NCBI GenBank assembly: GCA_003344405.1
Contig: NOWV01000011.1
Location: forward strand, 868,001 to 932,000
Direction of reading: 5' to 3'
Source of the DNA: Trichoplax sp. H2
Taxonomy: Eukaryota
Length of the DNA: 64,000 nucleotides
This document shows, in pieces, positions 28,601 to 41,000 of this stretch. The notes below the pieces were generated by a model. The model did no database searches, had not been told where the DNA came from, and saw only the letters and a program-made list of their open reading frames with translations. Numbering within the stretch: the stretch's first letter is position 1; each line of letters begins with the position of its first letter. The position numbers were made by a program, and so were the translations under genes.

Positions 28601-31600
28601 TAGTCAATGGATCTATCCATGACTTAAATTTACCCCATTCATTGGAGGATATGGAGATCCATGAATATCATAAGGTGAGGACGCCCTTAAATCGATTGCT
28701 GATGATGGTCGTAATGGTGAATCAGTACCTCCTCCAGCTGCACTAGAACGACCACCTGCATATCCTTCATAACCTAGAGGATCATGTGAATGAGCCATTC
28801 GAGCAGAATAATCTGCTTGAATCTCTTGCCTTTTCCTATGGATGCGATACGAGCGATCTTCATCATCCGCCACAGAAGCATAATTATTGCGCGGTGATGG
28901 CGATCGATCATAACGATCTAAAGAGCGATCTCGTCGACGGTAATAACCATCATCATCATCTCGTCGCCTTGATCTATAGCGATAGTAATCGTCATCAAGA
29001 TCATGATCGCGAGAACGATGACGACGATGATAGCCTTCATCATCATAATGTTGCAGGGAATGATTGCTATCCCGACTTATTGAACGATCATCATCTGATA
29101 TACGACGTGTCCTTTCATGGCTATGCCGTGATATATCGTCATCTCCACGATCATCACTTTTTGTGCGGTCTGATAAGTTGCTCGTTCTTCGACGGCTACT
29201 GGGCCGATCATCAGTATCATCAATTTCTACTCCATCTTCTGTTCGTTCACGCAATCGACGACTACCTCGTCGTTCAGGTTTTTGCTCTTTGGTAACTTGA
29301 TTTCGACGCTTTCCGCGTGGGCTTCCATCTTCATGATGTTTAGCTAACAATTCACTTGCTGCTTCCACTTTCTGCCGTTGTTCTATAAATTTCATCAAGA
29401 TAGCAAATTAAAACAACTGAACTCCTTGGATAGCAAAGCAGTTATTACCGTGAAAAGGATTAATTCATGTTATAATAATGAGAACTTTAATCGGGATAGC
29501 AAACTAAAACGGCTGAGCTCCTTCGACAGCAAGCAATTACTGCTGTCTCTATGATTAACCCAAATTATAAGAACATCCGTGAAGGAGACAACTATTTTAA
29601 AATACCTTGTTGTTGTAATGATGCAGATCTCTTCTGTTTAGGACTATTATTAGCTGATTTTGAGTTATTAACGTCATCTCTATCTGTCTCATTCTTCGAT
29701 TTTTGAGTTACATCATCGTTATCTGCCTCATCCTTCGATTTTGGAGTTCCAGGACGTGGAGGAACATTTGGCTTTTTCGATTTCTTATGCATAGAGGAGG
29801 AAGATGATGATCGCGAAGTTTCCTTCGCATTATCTTTATCAATACTTAAACTTCTCTCATTCGCTTCCACACTGGACTTTTGTGATTTTTTATCATTAGC
29901 GGCTGATTCAGGTTTTTCCTCCTCTTCATTGATATTTGAGCTATCTGCCTTTGAGTCTTTTACTTTTTTGCTATCTGATTTTCGTGGTGGAATTTGCGGC
30001 GGTACTTTACCATGTTTATTAGGGGAATCTTTATTAGCACTAGACTCTTTATTGACTTTATTTTTGGAAGTAGGGGATTCATTAGCCTTTTTTATATCAT
30101 TATCATCCTTACTAGTTTCTGGTGTAGGAGCAATGGTAACTTTTTTTAAGGGTTTTTTACTCTTATCACCAGCATCTTCTTGATTGGGAACTGCTGCAAA
30201 ACTTTTTAATTTATCCTTTCCTATATTACTATCAGCTATATCAGGCTCATTATCGCTATCCAATTTTCTTTCCCAAGGTAAAGAAGCTATTTATGAGTAA
30301 GGCACAGACTTAGTACGACCATCGATCGAATTTTAAATTATATATTACCGGTATAAGTACTCTTAAATTAAAAAAGGAATGATTGTCTCATATAATACAA
30401 AAAAGATCTTTTCTATTTAACGTAAATTAGGTTTAAATAAGTTGATCTACTTAGGAATTTCTGATTATTTGCAAAGAACAACAATACAATCTATTTTTGT
30501 TAATCTAATTATTAGTAGGCTTATTAATCAAGAATAGGACTTTTTTTCTATACTGTGCATACGTTAGGTATACATGTATAAATAAAGTGTAATGAATCAC
30601 TGACCATTGGCATACGTGAATAGTATTAATATAATTTATAATCTGTTTCAGTATAGCTCTTATAAAACTAATATCGATATTGACATACGTTAACATAGCA
30701 GTATATTTGCCATCAATATAGAAGAAACTGATAATTAATCTCACTAGATAAATTATCCTTTATATTAAATACTCGTATAGGCTTCTGTTGACACCATGCG
30801 TAATGAACATACAAAACACTCTATTAAATTGAGGCTCCTCAAAATTTCATCTCTTTCCATTATTAGAATGACTACCAAATCCTAAGTTTACAAAATCAGT
30901 GCTCTTACGTGATTTGCCTCGAGGACTTTCATTCGAAGGACTCCACGAAGACTATTTTGTGTAAAAAAGATGAATAATTATTTGAAGTCAAGATATAACA
31001 AATATTTTTATGTTACATGTTGATAAAATTAGCGTCATAGGACACTTCAAATGTTTGAGCAACTCACGCTTGTATCCCAATCGGAATCCTCATCTAGATA
31101 TGGGAAAAATTGATAGCATAAAAAATTTGAGAAAGATTAAATTTCCTTTAATTAATCTCAGATATTGAAGAATATCTGAACTCTATATTTTACTGGTACA
31201 AAAGTCATAATTTATTAATAGTACGAGACCTTTTTGGGGCCTCGTCGCACTATCTTTCAGTTCATCCTTCTTATCCGATAAAGTAGACGATGATTTAGAC
31301 ATTCCACCAGTATCTCCCCTCTTAATTTCATTCGAATAGGATACAGACAATTTTTCATGTCCTTTAGCACTTGAACTGCCATCTGTTGAATCACTTTTAA
31401 CAACAGTTAACGGTAATTTCTCCTTTTTATCGGATGTATTTTCCTCTATATCTGGAATGGATAAATCGCTGCCAATCAAGCTTTCGTCATCATCATCTGA
31501 CAGTGTCGCCTTAGATTGGCCAAATGACGAAGAGCTTTTTGCCTTTTTGCCACTATTTCCTTTATCCCATTTTTCAAGAGCATCTAATACGTCATCGTCA

Positions 31601-34600
31601 TCCCCACTCATGATACCCGCTTTTTTGTGGCTGCTTGCACTAGGTATATATCCACCCCCATCATCGCTATCATCGTCATCTATAATAAAAAAATACCGTA
31701 AAAAATTGAAAAATTTTATAGCCAAATACAATTTGTGAAATAGTCAAGTGAATCATTTAAGTTGCTGTTTATTTTCTAACCATCATCGAAATTAATATCT
31801 GAGAGATTATCTTTATCGGTGGTGTTTTTCGCCTAGTTGCATTCAGCGATAAGAGAAATATTAATCAGTGAAATTTTCCTTAGTAGTATCAATTTTAGGA
31901 AGTAGCTAAGTAATTAAACAGCTAAACAAAAAACCTTTGGCTCTTCAACTGGTTGAGGTAATGGCTTCGATTTTGTCTCTAAATCGGGTCTTATGGGCCT
32001 TTTGGGGAGTTCTGGAGGTTTTTTAACTTCTGGGGATGAATCTAAATCAGATTCACTACGTTTTGAAGTTCTACTCTTTACACCTGATGAAGATCGCCTT
32101 TTGGAAGTATCCTACCAGGATAACAATATTGTTAGTTAGTGCATAATTGAAAAGGATACATACAGTAACTGGCAGATTTTACAAGATATTAATACCATAT
32201 ACACCCATACATATACTCGTATATGTAGTCTGGATAAAAAAATAGCAGGATTATGATTATTAATGTCAAATATTGATATAATAATAATAAGAAATTCTAT
32301 TTATCTTACAATATGTAGTATGCAGAGAAATAGATAAAATCTTTGTGAGTGATTTGGATAAACTGTAAGTAAAGACTAGCTACATTACAAATGGCTATTT
32401 TCCATTTTTACTATAAACTTACAGCCTCAGGAGAAGAATTCCTATTGCTCGATTCTGCATCAACATCATCACTATTGCCTAATCAACCAAGGGTAATTGC
32501 GAAGTATAATAAAAGTTTAGCCAATCATTCATGATTAATCATGTATCTATTATGTTGAAATTCGTTACCCGATCTTGCTTTTAGTAATGATGCCAAATTA
32601 GGTTTTCTCTACAATTTTAAATTACGTTTAAATCGTCATATTAACTTATTGTTTCCGAATTGGATTAAATTCTTGTAAACTATTCTAATAAGAGAGCCTA
32701 CCGCACGCGGACTATCATCTTCTGAGTCATTCCATGTATCACCAAGGGATATTCTGAAGATATTAAATAAGTTAAAGAATTTTGCTGTCAGTTTGAATAC
32801 TTCCATCGAAAATGATTCTTACTTATAGCCGCAAGGTAGGCTAGCATCTTTGTAGTATATATTAAATATAGAATATTTTTAGCATATCGATACATTGTGA
32901 TTGTCGAGGATACTTACTGGCTAGAAGAATCAAAATTTATCGATTCGTCTTCTATAAAGAAATAGATAGAATATGGTTTAAATTTATGTTGTCTATGTTG
33001 TTTTTGAGGCAGTAAATTAGTAGGCTATCATTTTTAATTACTTGAAAAACCCGCGCCAGGGCTTTCTTTTCTCTCAGCTTCTTCATTTTGATCATCACCA
33101 CGTGGCGTTTCGTCATATGCTGGCGGCTCTTGTTCCCGAGGCTTTAGTAGAGCGGCACAACTAGATGCGTAGGATTAAATACATGTATTAAGCATTACTT
33201 GGCCGGAACACTATACACGAATTTCCATGACAGAATGTAGTTTTCGTCTTATGAACACTAACCTTTCTTGGCCGTTTTCTACTGCGTAATCATATGCACT
33301 TTTACCTTCGGTATCATTAAACTCTGTGTATACGTTATTATCTAATAAAATTTTAACAATATCTGCATGGCCATTCTTGGCAGCCAGCATGATGGGTGTG
33401 CTAAATGAAGATACAAATATAAATAGTTTGCTATATTATCTACACAGCACATTTCAATACCAAAAGAATATCAGGGAATAACTATTTTAGGTACTAATTA
33501 CAAGGTGAGATTATCACAAAGGCAATTAAGTTATCAATTTCTGCAAATAAGATAATCTAACCTCCCTGCATTAGTAACGTTGTCTAGATTAGCCTCTCTC
33601 TCCACTAGAAATTCGATAAAGTCTTTGTGACCTCGTTCTGCAGCGAAATGTGCCGGTGTCATATTATCCTAAGATTGACAAGAAAACGGTTTCAATAATG
33701 TACTTCTACGAGGAATAGACTATGTGCATTAGCCATTCGCTCGGAATTTTTGAAGTTGTAGCAATGTTAGAAGAGGATATGACTATGAGCATAAGAACAA
33801 GCTTAAAGGAAGTCGATAAATAATAAAGAACAAGTTTAGGCTATCATTTACGCTGTCTTTGAGATCTAGACGAGCTCCTCCATCACTTAAGGATCCACCA
33901 ATAATAGTATCATTATTTTTAGCAGCTGTATGAATTGGAGTAGAACCAAATTTGTCTCTAACATTTGGATCAGCATCTGCATCAAGTAGATGATTAACGC
34001 ATTGCTTGAACATGCCAGCAACAGCCTAATGATAGGGATAAATTGGATAAGAGAACACACATTATTGACTATACGGTACATTTCTCTAGAAAAGTGTGCT
34101 AATATAAAATACTCTTTCTCCAGAGTGTACGTTACTGATTTGTGATTTAATAATAAGATTATCGTTGGAAATACTAGTCCTACTCGAAATATCAATATTA
34201 CACGATAACAGATAATCTTTAATCTATTCACTGGAAGTGTAATCTTGCAACGCACGTATCCGAATATTAATTAACGTAATTGCCATCATTGAAGTATCGA
34301 CAAGTTAATGTCATAAAATGAATGTAACTAAAATTAGAGGAAGATAGTATTTAAGTTGATGATGGCTTATGAACCTGTTTTACCATTCTACCTAGCTGTA
34401 GAAGACTAGCTAGAAATGGATACAACTATACCATGATAGATGTGTTATAAAATCATTCAAGAAGTTGTACTTACAATATGCAATGGCGTTTGTAAATTCT
34501 TATCGATGATATTAGGATCGGCACCATTTTGCAAAGCCCAGCCTACTATAGCACCGTAGCCACCGCTACAAGCCCAATGGAGAGGTGTTCTACTGCTCAA

Positions 34601-35709
34601 AGTACCAATTATATACACAAACACACACACACAGATAAAAATAATCCCCATCAATCGATTCTTCATAATAAGGGTAAATAGCAATAATCACTTATGGTTA
34701 CACCTGTCAAGTTCTATTATTATGGTGGAACTTTATTAGTCTATCTATCCAATGAAGAGGTATTCTACGATTCAAAGTAACGTTTATCCATGCACATAGA
34801 CACAAAGTCATATATTCTCGTATCAATCAATCAATTTACCATAACCTGGACATCTATAGCGACAATCACTTATGATTGTACTTATTAAGGCTATCATTAT
34901 GGTGGGAGTTTATTAGTTTATCCAATGGAGAGGTGGTGCTGTACTCTCAAAGTAACGATTATCCATGCACAGATATGAAAATAATGCATATCAATCCATT
35001 CTCCAGAACATAGATATCCATCGAAACGATCACTTATGATTGTACAAATCAAGTGTGACTATTATGGTGAAAGTTAATTAGTCTATCTAATAGAGAGATA
35101 TTCTACTACTCAAAGCAATGATTATTATCCAAATATTATACGTAAATAATCCTCATTAATCAATCCATCATAACATGAATATGTATAAAGGCAAACACCT
35201 ATGATTGCACTCATCAAGTGCTCTCATTGTGGTGAAAGTTTATTAATCTATCCAATAGAGAGGTGTTTTACTACTCAAAAATACAGTAATGATTATCTTC
35301 AATCCATTCTCTATAACATGGGTATCCATCGAAAAAAGATCACTTATGACAACGTTAATGAAGTGTTCTATGATGATGAGGTTTTAATAACCTCTCTTCT
35401 TCTACCTCATCCCCTAGATATCAAAGTTATCTCGCTGCTTGATAGCTCGCTATTGCACTATCGAGTAGAATTGATCTCCTTATCGATGACTTACTTGTTT
35501 TCTTTATCCAATTGGTTGACATCGCTTTTTTTAGCTAATTGCTTAAATTTGATTAAGTCGCCATTGTGGGCAGCTTTATGTAATTTGGGCAAATCCTTGA
35601 TCGATGCGGTGGATAAATCTTCACTTTCGCCTGGTGAGGATGCGGTCGATCCTTTCGAGTGTTCCTTATCGCTCTTTTTCGACTTGGGTCTAGATAAGAA
35701 TCGTTTCAT
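19680..35709 (-). CDS. ANKRD26: ANKRD26/CCDC144-family protein: N-terminal ankyrin repeats, low-complexity linker, long coiled coil; many small exons; 3' end uncertain
   Basis: Exon 1 MKRFLSRPK...KDLPKLHKAAHNGDLIK...DVNQLDKEN, then RTPLHWACSGG and further ankyrin repeats. S/D/K-rich and R/D-rich exons lie at 28.6-31.7 kb and coiled-coil exons at 20-28 kb. YRYQLSQKLQEVNKYLDDQ (~20030-20088) resembles ANKRD26 KLKEVNLFLQ. Stop tentatively near 19680. Confidence 0.75.
34574..35350. repeat. Tandem repeat, ~165-175 bp unit, about 5 copies, in ANKRD26 intron 1, each including the exon-2 acceptor and first codons
   Basis: The anchor CCAATGGAGAGG(TG) and variants recur at 34574, 34749, 34922, 35087 and 35252. 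Shared CTCAAAG, ATCACTTATG and TATGGTG motifs recur in register. Confidence 0.85.
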
Positions 35710-37452
35710 TTTCGATCGATTTCCAAGAATCTCCTCATCAACCTTTTCAACGCCTCAACAATCATCCAATCGATCGTCGTTGACTACTATCAATCGATGA
35801 TGAACTTTATAACATTTCAAATTAAATGACCAAAAGCTTGTTGTGTAACTTTCTCGACAATCCTCCACTTATTGTTTTATCAATAGTAATTGAATGCTTG
35901 AATGTAAATAAAACAAAAGTTATAGAGTGACGCTGCTGACCGTTATATTACGCTTGCGCACTCTTGCCTGAGCTAAGCTCCATGGTTGCCAACCTACCGT
36001 AGGTAGGTTATGAGGATACAACTTGAGTCATTTCTGTACAGGCAGTTATTGTTCTTTCAAAGTCGAAATTGGAAGAAATATCAATTTAGACTACAGTACT
36101 ACCATGATTTGGCCTAGCTTAGGGATAGAGTTTAGCCGTTGATTCGGATTTGGTGGTATTTTGGACACGATTTGGGTCGGTGTCCTCGCTTGACGTCGAC
36201 CCCATACGATACTATACTGTACACTGTACAGTATACATTGTGTAACATTGTATCATACTGTATACATACAGTACACTGCCATCACGCTACACATTGCGTA
36301 GCACTGTAGCATACGGTATGCAATACACGCATGGCTGCCATCACCATTAGGAGTTGATGACAATCATCGAGATTGAATACCTCTCATAGGAGGACAACTA
36401 TCGAGTACATCGAAAGTAAAAAGCCTTTGCTGTATACTGCACTGTAATTTATTCCTTTGACCTGTATGATCGAGTCCCATACAATCGCTTCATTCGATTC
36501 ATTTCGATGGAAGAAAGTCTACCTCTTGCACAATTTTTGCGCTTTGATGCAAACTACTGCCTTCGACGATTATTCCTATCTACAGGGCCAAAATGGATCA
36601 ATGATAAGATGAATATGCTGTCAGAGCTGTGACAGCTATTCTCCATGTTGTGTTTTTTTTTTTAATTTACGTGAAAGTCCCTATTATAAAGGTTTTCTGA
36701 TGGCTTATAATTGTTGTTAATATAAGCGTCCATAAGGTCCGTATTGTTTCAAGCGGGTAGACTAGCAACAGCTCATTACGCTTGCGCGATGGAGTTGTCC
36801 CGAAACTTGTATTACTGGTCATCAGACACCGGTTTAGCATCGATGGAGCTAGTTCAGCGATTGCATGAAAATTCCACCCACTACTGTATAAAATTAAGAC
36901 TGGATGATTGCAACTTGATCATTAAGGCTATACAACTCATATGTCACTTTTACTATACAATCGGATCCAAAATAGACAAGTATTTTGGATCGATTTTCAG
37001 TGGGTGGAATGAACATGCTGCGGTAACGAGCTCTACGAGGAAACTGTTTTGAAAATGGTTCAAAGTTTACCGTTGCACTGGGTGTGCATTCAGGAAAAGT
37101 GCAAAGTGCAGATGGCTGGACTTCGCTTGTTGTATCCTCTCATCTCGTTCTCTTGAGCTATCTTGAGTTACAGTATAAGGCAGTTAGTTAACTGTACTCT
37201 AGTAAGCTTCAATACCAGTTCATCCTGTCGCTTGCGCTAACAGTGTGTTCTTCTTAACGCAAGCTTGGCAGTGTATCACCATCACTTCAGGCCTGTCTTC
37301 CACCACTTTATAGTAAAATATACAAAATTTCGTTGGCAAGGAGCTTTCAAATATATTTTTTTTCTCCAGCCTGTTTGCCTCTACGCCTCCGCTTCAGTTT
37401 GCACGCTAAGCCGTATGAGTATTGCATCAACAAGCAGCGTAGGAAGTACAAT

Positions 37453-37863
37453 ATTGTGTAAAATGAGTCGTCATACTCACACATCACCATCCTTGTTTTT
37501 CACCGTATCTTCTTATCCACCGTTGAGACAAGTAAAAGCCCACTAGGTGACATCTTCTTTGCACACTATCGCCTAACCAACCTGGGCACACAGTATGTTG
37601 GGCCAGCGTACAATACATAGTACTGTAGCTGACTCTACTCCCATGTCCCACGGGTACTGTATTGTGCAAAATGAGTCGTCATGCTCACACATCTCCATCC
37701 TTGTTTTTCACTCTATCTTCGTATCCACTGTTGAGGCAAGAAAAAGCCCTCTAGGTGACACCCTTCTTTTGCACACTATCGCCTAACCGACCTGGCACAC
37801 AGTATGCTGGGCACAGCGTACAATACATAGTACTGTAGTCTACGCCCATGTCCCACGGGTACT
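37453..37863. repeat. Tandem duplication, ~208 bp x2, just upstream of the ALDH1L start
   Basis: ATTGTGYAAAATGAGTCGTCAT...TCTTTGCACACTATCGCCTAACC...CCCATGTCCCACGGGTACT occurs at 37453-37658 and 37661-37863. Confidence 0.9.
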
Positions 37864-38061
37864 AGGCCCCGACCTACCCTGGCATTCTTCCCTTCTCATG
37901 CGTTGAATCCTTCATCGTGTGGTGTTCTTACTTTCATTTAGGGAAAAACTCCTGCAAAATTTCAATTGAAGTAAGTCCAATCGATTTTAATCTACTTATT
38001 CATGCATAACCATAGGAAAGGAATATTTAACTGTATTTCTTGATGGTGATAGTATTACAAG

Positions 38062-41000
38062 ATGCTGTCTGCCAATCAACTTGTGAGACGGTTTGGTACC
38101 AGCACTGTGGCCAACTCTCGCTTGAAATTAGCCATTATCGGTCAAAGTTTGTTCGGTATGGAAGTGTACAAGGTTTTGAGGCAGAATGGCCATGAAGTAG
38201 TTGGTGTATTTACTGTGCCAGATATTGCTGGAAAGCCCGATCCATTAGCTGCTCAAGCCCAACAAGATGGTGTTCGTGTATTTAAATATCCACGATGGCG
38301 AAAAAAGGGCCAAGCAATACCTGAAGTCTTGAATGAATATAAAGAAGTTGGAGCCGATTTAAATGTTATGCCCTTTTGTAGCCAATTTATCCCCATGGAT
38401 GTCATCAATCATCCCAAGCATGGCTCGATAGTTTATCATCCCTCCATTTTGCCAAGACATCGCGGTGCATCAGCTATCAATTGGTAAATTGATCATAGCA
38501 ATGACATAATCCTCTTTTCATTTTCTCTTATTAACAATTTATTCGCCTTGATGAATGATCACTTGACTGCAAATAGAACACATGGATAATCATAGTCATT
38601 GTTTTTTATCAAAGAATAACAGATACTCGACCACACTATTTCCATCCCTAGCTATTTTTATTTTTGAGGTGTTAATTCTACACGTAAAAGTGTTTGCTTA
38701 AAACAGATGTGGCTACCACTTTGTGTCTACAGTGTAAAATGGATGCGTAGAGAATACATTTCCACTACCGGGCTAGAGCCTGGTACGAGTATTGTAGGCA
38801 CGGGAGATGGTGCGCCAACCCTATAGGGCTAGTCTTCATCGACGGTAGTTAAAATGTTGCCACCAATCAAAGAATGCATACTGCATCATCAGTATTCCAT
38901 ACAGGTTAATCGTACAACGCTCAAGTCATATTTTTTATCGCTTTACATAACATAGCCATCAGCAGGATGATTAGTCTTTTAATCATCATCGTTAAGCCAA
39001 TACCCTATCACAGGATAGTGCTTGAACTCTAAAAGCGTAGTCTTAACCTGCAGTAGTTCGTTAATATGTTGCCACCAAGCAAAGAACGCATGCTACATCA
39101 TCACTATTCCAAACAACTTAATCAGACAACGCTATAAAGTTATTTTGTTATTGCTTTACATGACATAGCGATCGGCAGAATGATTTGTCTTGTAATAATC
39201 ATCGTTACTTAACCTTAAGCCAATACACTGTTCACGCCTAGGGTTTTTGCAAGCTGGAATAATCATCGGCTAAATTACATTTTTATCTCTTTATTATTTA
39301 TATAATTATCTACTGCTATCTACCCGTATGATTTGAATTGATCTATCAATGCTGCCTAAACCCCCACCTGAATAAAAATTCCACCACATTGGAGCATTAA
39401 TTTTTTTTATTTAACTTTAAACTTTAAAGTGTCCAATATATTGAAACCTTTATAATTCAACAATGTTGTTGTATACAATCCGATTTGACTAGCAATTGAA
39501 TGTTGTACTCTTTTCTATCAGTGCAATTTTTACATCATCTACAAACACTTTACACAATCATATTTAACTACGACAATTCTCAACCTTTCTGATTTAAAGA
39601 TAACGTAAGGATTTTCAACTGATACTGCCGCAACTTAAAATATGCTTGCGCTTGTTGATTGCTATGATTTTAGTTTTAGATAATTAAATTATCACATTAC
39701 CTCACGTGTTTCGTCGAACTCCCAATTCGAATCAATGTTCTCATATTCCATCAGCAGATATTCTGTTGCTAATTGACGATCTTTCATTCGCATAGTAAGT
39801 TAATGAACTGTGACGTAATATCTGTAATTTATTCCACAGCAACATGTAGCAGTTTGGTCTCAATTACAACTCAAATAAATAGACTGTCATTACAATTATT
39901 ACTTGTTGCATGCATAAAATGCTAGTCAAGACTTAGTCTTTAATGCAAAGCAATACAGTCACTCGGCTACCTATAACCACGATGACCCTACCATAACTTA
40001 ATTGAACTCGAACGAAATTGTTAAATTAGTGTGATTATGGTACCACCCGCTATTCACTGCGAAAAAGAATTTTACGATTTATAATTCTTTCCAATAGGAC
40101 AATCATGGAAGGTGATCCGAAAGCTGGATTTACAATCTTTTGGGCTGATGATGGCCTCGATACAGGCCCAATTCTTCTACAACGGTCAACTGAATTGTAC
40201 CCTAATGACACTGTAGATACCATTTACAATCGTTTCCTATATCCTCAAGGTATTAATGCTATGGTAAGTTATGAATACTTATAATGGTAAGTCCCATTGC
40301 TGCCATCCTTGCTTAACAAATTACAAATATAGCATTACTAACTTCGCTTTTTTCACGAATTTTTTTGAAAACTAACTACTGTACATGCGCTAAATAGCTA
40401 CAATATCATACTGCACTTATCCCATGAAATCCTACCCTCTATTGTATTGCTCCTTCTCTTTTAAATAGAGTTAAGTTAACCATAATGTATTAATAATCTG
40501 TATTTTTCTTCAAGGCAACTGCGGTAGATTTGGTAGCTACTGGCGATGCACCCAGAGTAACTCAGTCAGAAGAAGGAGCAACATACGACAAAATGTGGAA
40601 AGACAAAAGCGTTGCAAAGGTTAATAATAACTCTTTTTGTGAATGATTACTTTCCATGAAGAATAAAGCAGTAGAAAATCTCTCTAGTAATTTAAGATAT
40701 ATTAATAATGCTTTATATGCTCTTATTGTAAATTTAACAATCAGATCAATTGGGATCAACCTGCTCAAGTACTTCATAATTTCATTCGCGGAAACGATAA
40801 GGTTAGTACTGGAAAATGGTTTCACGGTATTAGTAAGCAATTTATCAGAGATGGAACAGCTTGCACTATTCAAGGATAGCCGTGTATTAATTATACTTAT
40901 TCTATCTATAGCTACCGGGTGCTTGGGGAACGATTGAGGGCCAGGTATGAATTAGCAGATTTGGCCTGTCGTAAGAGAAATCATATCTAGTATATAATAT

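Noticed and set aside
28786..31738. Plus-strand ORFs 28786-29295, 29064-29300, 29929-30183 and 31457-31738
   Set aside because: Antisense shadows of low-complexity ANKRD26 exons.
35201..35800. 199 aa plus-strand ORF
   Set aside because: Antisense to ANKRD26 exon 1 and running into the intronic repeat; no recognisable protein.
36744..37786. Short ORFs between ANKRD26 and ALDH1L
   Set aside because: No homology or consistent splice structure, and several are translations of the tandem repeat.
38770..38832. tRNA-like sequence (AGCCTGGTA D-loop-like word)
   Set aside because: No GTTCRA T-loop and no cloverleaf spacing.
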